A stretch of 64,000 nt of DNA. Origin: Actinomycetota bacterium. GTDB lineage: Bacteria > Actinomycetota > Acidimicrobiia > Acidimicrobiales > Ilumatobacteraceae. Numbering within the stretch: position 1 is the stretch's first letter; every line of letters starts with the position of its first letter. Positions 58,267 to 64,000 of the stretch are shown piece after piece. Made by a program: the position numbers and the translations under genes. Under the pieces are notes generated by a model. The model was given only the letters and a program-made list of their open reading frames with translations. It was not told where the DNA came from and searched no databases. The stretch is taken from assembly GCA_009711295.1 (NCBI GenBank), contig WLST01000002.1, forward strand, positions 17,220-81,219. Reading direction: 5' to 3'.

Positions 58267-59382
58267 ATGGCGCGTTTGCCACTATTAGAAGATCTGGGTG
58301 ACGTTTCAGGTAAGCGCGTTTTGGTGCGTACCGATTTCAACGTTCCGATGGAAGGCCCCGATAATGCCAGAGTCATCACCGATGACTTTCGCATTCGTGC
58401 TGCATTACCAACTATCAATTGGCTGACCTCTCGTGGTGCGTCAGTTGTGTGTGCAAGTCATCTCGGGCGCCCCAAAGGCGAATCTGTAGATAAATATTCC
58501 ATGGCACCTATTCGCGCACGTCTTCAGGAATTAGCACCAGGCGTAGAGCTCCTTGAGAACCTTCGTTTTAATGCTGGTGAAGAAGCCAACAGCGAAGCCT
58601 TTGTTGCACAACTCGTGCAAGGTTTCGATATGTATGTCAACGATGCTTTCGGAGCTGCGCATCGTGCGCACGCCTCGGTATCGGGGCCACCAAAAACTTT
58701 GCCTTCAGCAGCGGGGCGTCTTCTTCAAAAGGAAGTGGAAGTACTCGGAGAAATGCGCAACCATCCCAAGCGTCCATTCATCGCTGTTCTTGGCGGCGCA
58801 AAAGTGAGCGACAAATTGGGAGTCATTGAAGCACTGTTGTCGACAGTTGATGCTTTGGTCATTGGTGGGGGAATGTGCTTTACCTTTCTGGCTGCCAAAG
58901 GGATGCCAGTGGGCAGTTCCATTTGCGAACTCGATCAGGTTGCCGTCTGTAAACGACTTCTCGATGGGCCCAAGCCCATACATCTCCCAGAAGACATTGT
59001 TGGTCTCGACGCCGAGGGAAACTACGCCACCTTTGGTGTTCGTTTGCCCGACGGAGCAAAAGGGCTCGATATCGGCCCTGGGTCAGCAGCAGCTTTTACC
59101 GACGTCATTATGGATGCGCGCACGGTGTTCTGGAATGGCCCGATGGGTATGTTCGAAGACCCGCGTTTCGCAGCAGGAACAAAGACGGTTGCTCAAGCAG
59201 TTGCCGACACAAAAGCTTTTACGGTTGTGGGCGGAGGCGATAGTGCTGCGGCGCTCGCACAATTTGGTTTAGACGATCAGGTAGATCATGTGTCTACTGG
59301 CGGTGGGGCGTCTTTGGAATATCTAGAACTTGGCGACTTGCCAGGTCTGGCTGCATTACGAGGAGCACCCAATGTCCGTTAA
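58267..59382 (+). CDS. pgk: phosphoglycerate kinase
   Basis: Start taken at MARLPLLEDL..., two nt after the gap stop. RTDFNVP and the ASHLGRPKG region. The longer ORF from 58186 overlaps gap. Confidence 0.95.
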   Translation: MARLPLLEDLGDVSGKRVLVRTDFNVPMEGPDNARVITDDFRIRAALPTINWLTSRGASVVCASHLGRPKGESVDKYSMAPIRARLQELAPGVELLENLRFNAGEEANSEAFVAQLVQGFDMYVNDAFGAAHRAHASVSGPPKTLPSAAGRLLQKEVEVLGEMRNHPKRPFIAVLGGAKVSDKLGVIEALLSTVDALVIGGGMCFTFLAAKGMPVGSSICELDQVAVCKRLLDGPKPIHLPEDIVGLDAEGNYATFGVRLPDGAKGLDIGPGSAAAFTDVIMDARTVFWNGPMGMFEDPRFAAGTKTVAQAVADTKAFTVVGGGDSAAALAQFGLDDQVDHVSTGGGASLEYLELGDLPGLAALRGAPNVR

Positions 59383-60157
59383 TTCTCGTCGACCACTCAT
59401 TAGTGGCAACTGGAAAATGAACCACAACCATTTTGACGCAATTCAGTTTGTGCAAAAGCTGGCGTATCTCGTCACTAAAGAAGACTTTGAAGTGGTCGAC
59501 GTTTCGCTAAACGTTCCATTCACCGACATTCGCAGTGTGCAAACCCTCATTGACGCTGATGAGTTACGTTTCCAACTCGGTGCGCAGCATTGCCACTTTG
59601 AAGATAACGGAGCATTCACTGGCGAGGTGTCGGCTGCAATGTTGTCAAAGCTTGGAGTAAAGACTGTCATTGTGGGTCACAGCGAACGGCGAGAAGTTTT
59701 CGGTGAATCTGATGAAGTGATTTACAAAAAAATTTCAGCAATAGTGAAATACAATATGACCCCCATTATTTGCGTGGGTGAAACACAAGCTGAACGTGAA
59801 GCCGGCGCCACGGAAGAAAAGGTGCTGGGGCAGTTGCGTTCGGCTCTTGCTCAACGCTCACCAGAACAAGTAGCTAAGTTCGTTATTGCCTATGAACCAA
59901 TTTGGGCTATTGGAACAGGGCTTACAGCAACAGCGCAAGACGCCCAAAGTGTCATTGCAGCCTTGCGTAACGAAGTTCTCGTTTTGGCCGGGGCAGAGGC
60001 CGCTCAGAGTGTTCGCTTGCAATATGGCGGTTCCGTCAAGTCGAGCAATATTGCCGAAATTATGGAACAGCCCGATATTGATGGAGTATTGGTGGGTGGG
60101 GCGAGTCTCGACCCTGACGAGTTCGCTCGTATAGTGCGCTACCGTTTGCTTGCATGA
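59372..60157 (+). CDS. tpiA: triosephosphate isomerase
   Basis: Start taken at MSVNSRRPLISGNWKMN. Contains AYEPIWAIGTG and GGASL. 11-nt overlap with pgk. Confidence 0.95.
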   Translation: MSVNSRRPLISGNWKMNHNHFDAIQFVQKLAYLVTKEDFEVVDVSLNVPFTDIRSVQTLIDADELRFQLGAQHCHFEDNGAFTGEVSAAMLSKLGVKTVIVGHSERREVFGESDEVIYKKISAIVKYNMTPIICVGETQAEREAGATEEKVLGQLRSALAQRSPEQVAKFVIAYEPIWAIGTGLTATAQDAQSVIAALRNEVLVLAGAEAAQSVRLQYGGSVKSSNIAEIMEQPDIDGVLVGGASLDPDEFARIVRYRLLA

Positions 60158-61140
60158 GTAATACAGACCTAGCGACACGGGAGCCCCAAGTGTTTGGGGC
60201 AGTCGAGAGCAAGTCTCCGGGTCGCCTCGCTTGGGAGCGTTTTCGACGCGATCGAGTTGCTGTCATCGCATCGTTTGTCGTCTTGTTCTTCGTTTGCATC
60301 GCTCTTCTTGCGCCGCTGGTTTGCAAAGCACTTGGTATTAACCCACTGACGCTCGATCGCAAAGCGTTGAATGATTATGGTTTGCCCAATGGACCATTTG
60401 GTGCAATTTCTCGTAAGCATTTACTCGGAGTAGAGCCAGGAACAGGGCGCGATATTCTTGCTCGCTTAATTTATGGAGCTCGTGTTTCATTGTTGGTGGG
60501 ATTTGTTTCCACGCTTCTTACAACGGTGATTGGTGTAGTGCTCGGTATCGTTGCCGGATATCGGCGAGGAAAAATAGACGCCATCATTAGTAGGTTCACC
60601 GACCTCACGTTGGCCTTCCCGTCGCTTCTGCTCATCATTGCTCTCACACGCCCATTTACGCAGCGTCTCGAGTCATTCGGCGTTCCTGAAGGAAATCCGG
60701 CACGACTCACTTACATCGTGCTTGTGCTCTCCCTTTTCGGATGGGTCTATGTGGCTCGCATTGTTCGAGGCCAGACCCTGGCACTTCGCGAGCGTGAATT
60801 TGTCGAGGCAGCTCGCGCAAGTGGGGCAGGGCATTGGCACATGGTGTTTAAAGAGTTGCTTCCCAACATTTGGGCACCCATCATCGTCATTGTGTCGTTG
60901 AGTTTGCCCGGTTACGTGGCGGTCGAATCTACCCTCTCCTTCCTTGGTGTAGGACTCCTGCCTCCCGATGCTTCATGGGGAGTGATGCTGGGCGATTCGG
61001 TGAAGTATTACCGTGCCGACCCCGCCTACCTCTTTGTGCCTGGGGTGGCCCTCATAGTGCTCGTGTTGGCCTTCAACGTGATGGGTGACGGGCTACGTGA
61101 TGCACTTGACCCGAAGTCTGACCGTCAACAGCTGGGGTAG
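60154..61140 (+). CDS. ABC transporter permease (peptide/nickel type, DppC/OppC-like)
   Basis: 328 aa, six hydrophobic segments, and an EAA-like loop (FVEAARASGAG). ATGA overlap with tpiA. Confidence 0.88.
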   Translation: MSNTDLATREPQVFGAVESKSPGRLAWERFRRDRVAVIASFVVLFFVCIALLAPLVCKALGINPLTLDRKALNDYGLPNGPFGAISRKHLLGVEPGTGRDILARLIYGARVSLLVGFVSTLLTTVIGVVLGIVAGYRRGKIDAIISRFTDLTLAFPSLLLIIALTRPFTQRLESFGVPEGNPARLTYIVLVLSLFGWVYVARIVRGQTLALREREFVEAARASGAGHWHMVFKELLPNIWAPIIVIVSLSLPGYVAVESTLSFLGVGLLPPDASWGVMLGDSVKYYRADPAYLFVPGVALIVLVLAFNVMGDGLRDALDPKSDRQQLG

Positions 61141-61216
61141 TTGCTCGGATTGTTCATCTGGCGTTCGCTTGGGTATAGGGTTACCACGTAGTAGATATTC
61201 ACACTAGGGGGTAACA

Positions 61217-63007
61217 ATGAAACGTCGCATCATTGGCTTGCTGGGTTTAGCGCTTTCCGCTTCTCTCATTGCTAGCGCTTGTGGAAGCGATTCCAGTAGC
61301 AGTACAGATACAGCAGTATCGAATGACACGGTGGCAACACCGGGAACCGATGCGGGTACTCCAACTACTGGTGGCACCATTCATATTTTGAGTCAACTTG
61401 AGCAAATCACTCACCTTGACCCTCAGCGCAATTACACGGGGTCAGACCTGGCATTCGTTGGCTCCACAATGCAGCGTGCGCTCACCTCGTATGCGTATGC
61501 GCCAGGCAGCGACGGGTCAAAACTTGTTGCCGACCTTGCGACCGATACTGGTACACCTACTGAAGGTGGAAAAGTGTGGTCATTCACGTTGCGCGATGGC
61601 GCTACCTATGAAGATGGTTCTGCAGTGACATGTGCCGATATTGCATACGGCGTGTCTCGTGTATTCGCGACCGACATCATTGTTGATGGCCCTACTTATG
61701 CAATCACTTATCTCGACATACCGAAAGATGCCGATGACAATAGTGTGTATCCAGGCCCATACACCGCAAAAGCCGATCAACAGGCCTTATTCGACAAAGC
61801 TGTTGCGTGTTCAGAAGATGGCAAGACAATTACCTTTACTCTGAGCCGTGTTGTTTCCGACTTTAACTACACCACTACTTTGCTTGCTTTCAGCCCAGTG
61901 CCAAAAGCAAAAGACACCGGTGAAAAATACGACATGGCTCCTGTGTCATCAGGGCCATACAAAATTAAGTCGTACGAACCCGGTAAGTCGTTGGTTCTAG
62001 TGCGTAATGAAAACTGGTCGAAAGCTTCCGACCCCATCCGTAACGCATACGCCGATTCTTTTGTGTATGAATTTGCGTTGGACCCAGCAGTAATCGATGA
62101 GCGTCTCATCGCCGACGCTGGAGATGACCAGTATGCAGTGAGCGACGGCGGATTGCAGCCAGAAAATCTTCAAACCGTTTTCGACGATGAGCGCTTTAAA
62201 GACCGTCGTCAAGATGACTACGACCCATATGTTTCGTTCACCGCGTTTAACGCGAAGACCGTTTCATGTGTTGAAGTGCGACGTGCAGTGTATTTGGGTC
62301 TCGACCGTGAGGCGCTGCGCACCGCAGGTGGCGGACCATACACAGGCGACTTCGCTGACGGATTCATCAAGCCAGCATTGGCCGATGACTACGCGCCAAA
62401 CAAAATGCCTGAAGGCCTCAATGCAGACGGTACGCCGAACGTAGAGGCTGCCAAGGCTGCTTTGACTGAGGCGAAGACCAAGTGCCCAGATGTTTATGCC
62501 AAAGCGACAGGCGAAGGCTTGAAGTTCTTCCACCCCGATACACCGACATGGCAGAAGAACATTTCTATTTGGATTGAATCTCTGAAGGCCGTGGGAATAG
62601 TTATTAAACCAACAGCTGTTGAACCAAGTAAGTACTACCCAACAGTTCAAAGTGACGAGACCGACTACGACATCGCTCGTGGTGCATGGGGCCCAGACTG
62701 GCCAAATGCTTCAACGATGATTCCAGAGTTGTTCCTCACCACTGGTGGATTCAACCTCACCCGCAACGGTGATGATCCGGCATACAAGCAGTTTGAGACC
62801 GACACAAAAGCAGCACTTGCTGAACTCGATCGTTCAGCACAGGGTACGAAGTGGAAGGCTCTCAACCAATTCCTCGTCGACCAGCTGTGGTCTCTTCCTG
62901 GAACTTTCTTGAAGGCTCAAGACCTCTGGGGTTCCAAAGTAGGCAACGCTTACCGTTGGTCATCTAGTGGATCTTTCCTCTTCGGAGAGCTCTACGTAAA
63001 GCAATAA
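61217..63007 (+). CDS. ABC transporter substrate-binding lipoprotein (family 5, peptide/nickel type)
   Basis: 596 aa. Signal peptide with lipobox LIASAC, a Ser/Thr-rich linker, and SBP_bac_5-like length and composition. Confidence 0.85.
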   Translation: MKRRIIGLLGLALSASLIASACGSDSSSSTDTAVSNDTVATPGTDAGTPTTGGTIHILSQLEQITHLDPQRNYTGSDLAFVGSTMQRALTSYAYAPGSDGSKLVADLATDTGTPTEGGKVWSFTLRDGATYEDGSAVTCADIAYGVSRVFATDIIVDGPTYAITYLDIPKDADDNSVYPGPYTAKADQQALFDKAVACSEDGKTITFTLSRVVSDFNYTTTLLAFSPVPKAKDTGEKYDMAPVSSGPYKIKSYEPGKSLVLVRNENWSKASDPIRNAYADSFVYEFALDPAVIDERLIADAGDDQYAVSDGGLQPENLQTVFDDERFKDRRQDDYDPYVSFTAFNAKTVSCVEVRRAVYLGLDREALRTAGGGPYTGDFADGFIKPALADDYAPNKMPEGLNADGTPNVEAAKAALTEAKTKCPDVYAKATGEGLKFFHPDTPTWQKNISIWIESLKAVGIVIKPTAVEPSKYYPTVQSDETDYDIARGAWGPDWPNASTMIPELFLTTGGFNLTRNGDDPAYKQFETDTKAALAELDRSAQGTKWKALNQFLVDQLWSLPGTFLKAQDLWGSKVGNAYRWSSSGSFLFGELYVKQ

Positions 63008-63017
63008 ATCGATAGGA

Positions 63018-63058
63018 GGGGGGTGTCGGCGAAAGTTGACACCCCCCTTTTTATTTTT
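63018..63058 (+). terminator. rho-independent terminator after the substrate-binding protein gene
   Basis: GGGGGGTGTC (63018-63027), a 10-nt loop, GACACCCCCC (63038-63047), followed by TTTTTATTTTT. Confidence 0.85.
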
Positions 63059-63081
63059 AGTCTTCACACCTGAGGAATGCA

Positions 63082-64000
63082 TTGACCACTTTTATCGCTC
63101 GTCGTATTTTGTTTGCGCTGGTGCTCCTGGCTGCCGTTTCTCTCTTCACCTATTTACTTTTCGCGTTACTCCCTACAGACCCTGCAGCATTAACTTGCGG
63201 CAAAAACTGTAAACCTGAACTCATAGCTGCGAACAGAGTTCGGCTCGGCTACGACAAGCCCATTTACGAGCAGTATTGGCAGTTCATCAAAGGCATTTTT
63301 GCCGGACGAACGTACGGTTCAGGTGATATCGCCTTTACGTGCCCTGCACCGTCGTTGGGTTACTCCTTCAATCAGCACGAATGTGTGTCAACACTCATTG
63401 GCAAGACATTTCCTGTAACGGCGTTTCTTTCTTTAGGCGCTTTCATTTTGTGGATGCTGCTCGGTGTAGGAACAGGAACATTTGCCGCATTGCATCGCGG
63501 CAAGTGGCAAGACCGTTTGACCTCTGTTGTTACTTCTATTGGAGTGAGCCTTCCGACGTTCTACGTTGGTCTGTTGGTGTTGTTTTCTGTCGTGATCTGG
63601 CTGCAATGGCTGCCGTTTCCTCACTATGCATCGCCCACCGAAAACCTTCATGATTTTCTCACAGCAATGATTTTGCCATGGATCACTTTGGCTGTTCTTT
63701 CCGCAGCCTCGTACACACGTCTCACTCGTAATGGTGTCTTGGAAGCGATGAACGAAGATTTTGTACGCTTTGGTGTAGCCAAGGGTCTAAAGAATAGAAC
63801 CGTCATTCGTAGGTATGTGTTGCGAGCGGCACTCATCCCCATTGTCACCATTGCTGGTTTAGATTTTGCCGCGCTCCTCGGAGGCGCAATCGTCACCGAG
63901 AGTGTTTTCTCTTTGCCCGGCATGGGCCGCTTAGCCATTAGATCAGTTACCGATTCCGACCTGCCAGTACTTGTCGGCACAACCTTGGTGGCGGCTGTAT
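63082..64000 (+). CDS. ABC transporter permease (DppB/OppB-like), 3' end beyond the window
   Basis: My own translation from TTG 63082 (LTTFIARRILFALVLL...). A GAGGA Shine-Dalgarno lies 5-6 nt upstream. The frame stays open to the window end. It is not in the supplied ORF track because no stop codon is reached. Confidence 0.8.
   Translation, partial: MTTFIARRILFALVLLAAVSLFTYLLFALLPTDPAALTCGKNCKPELIAANRVRLGYDKPIYEQYWQFIKGIFAGRTYGSGDIAFTCPAPSLGYSFNQHECVSTLIGKTFPVTAFLSLGAFILWMLLGVGTGTFAALHRGKWQDRLTSVVTSIGVSLPTFYVGLLVLFSVVIWLQWLPFPHYASPTENLHDFLTAMILPWITLAVLSAASYTRLTRNGVLEAMNEDFVRFGVAKGLKNRTVIRRYVLRAALIPIVTIAGLDFAALLGGAIVTESVFSLPGMGRLAIRSVTDSDLPVLVGTTLVAAV

Overview
This is a core-genome segment that is almost entirely coding on both strands. 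The largest non-coding gaps are roughly 75-200 nt. Many co-directional genes overlap by 1-4 nt at start/stop, and several convergent gene pairs overlap at their 3' ends.

Gene content and local synteny look actinobacterial: phoH-ybeY-corC, era, recO/uppS, mtrA/mtrB/lpqB-like, pdtaR-polA-rpsA-coaE-uvrB, uvrC-rapZ-gap-pgk-tpiA, and several luciferase-like (LLM, F420-type) oxidoreductases. Moderate GC by eye plus the compaction suggest a streamlined aquatic Actinomycetota lineage, possibly Acidimicrobiia. That placement is inference only.

Functional blocks, in order:
(1) a partial P450, SDR, quinone reductase and LLM redox genes, plus an aminotransferase/omega-amidase pair;
(2) a membrane GGDEF-EAL protein;
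(3) phoH-ybeY-corC;
(4) menaquinone genes menE, menA, menH, menD, menF and menG, with an embedded DsbA-like gene;
(5) acyl-CoA dehydrogenase, LLM, MaoC, a small membrane protein and another LLM;
(6) era, then lpqB-like and mtrB-like genes divergent from an mtrA-like gene, then dinG and uppS;
(7) a UPPS-like pseudoenzyme, recO, glyQS, an ABM protein and trpC-trpF-trpB-trpA;
(8) bcp-fabZ convergent with the type II FAS operon fabD-fabH-fabG-acpP-fabF;
(9) tRNA-Leu(CAA), a small coiled-coil ORF, pdtaR, polA, a methyltransferase, rpsA, coaE and uvrB-uvrA-uvrC;
(10) a methyltransferase, rapZ and gap-pgk-tpiA;
(11) peptide-type ABC importer genes.

I saw no rRNA, CRISPR array, mobile element or recognisable defence/toxin system.

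The most interesting observation is a candidate two-subunit (heteromeric) cis-prenyltransferase. A catalytically intact UppS lacks the C-terminal RXG tail, and it sits head-to-head with a catalytically dead UPPS-fold paralog that keeps that tail and is translationally coupled to recO.

Secondary observations:
- FabD is fused to a lysine-less biotinyl-like domain.
- The mtrA-like gene is transcribed divergently from mtrB and a mini-lpqB, with GTCACA-type repeats in the spacer.
- rapZ lies directly next to gap, with no yvcK or whiA between them.
- A stand-alone trpF is present.
- Tandem hairpins lie between tRNA-Leu and the pdtaR operon.
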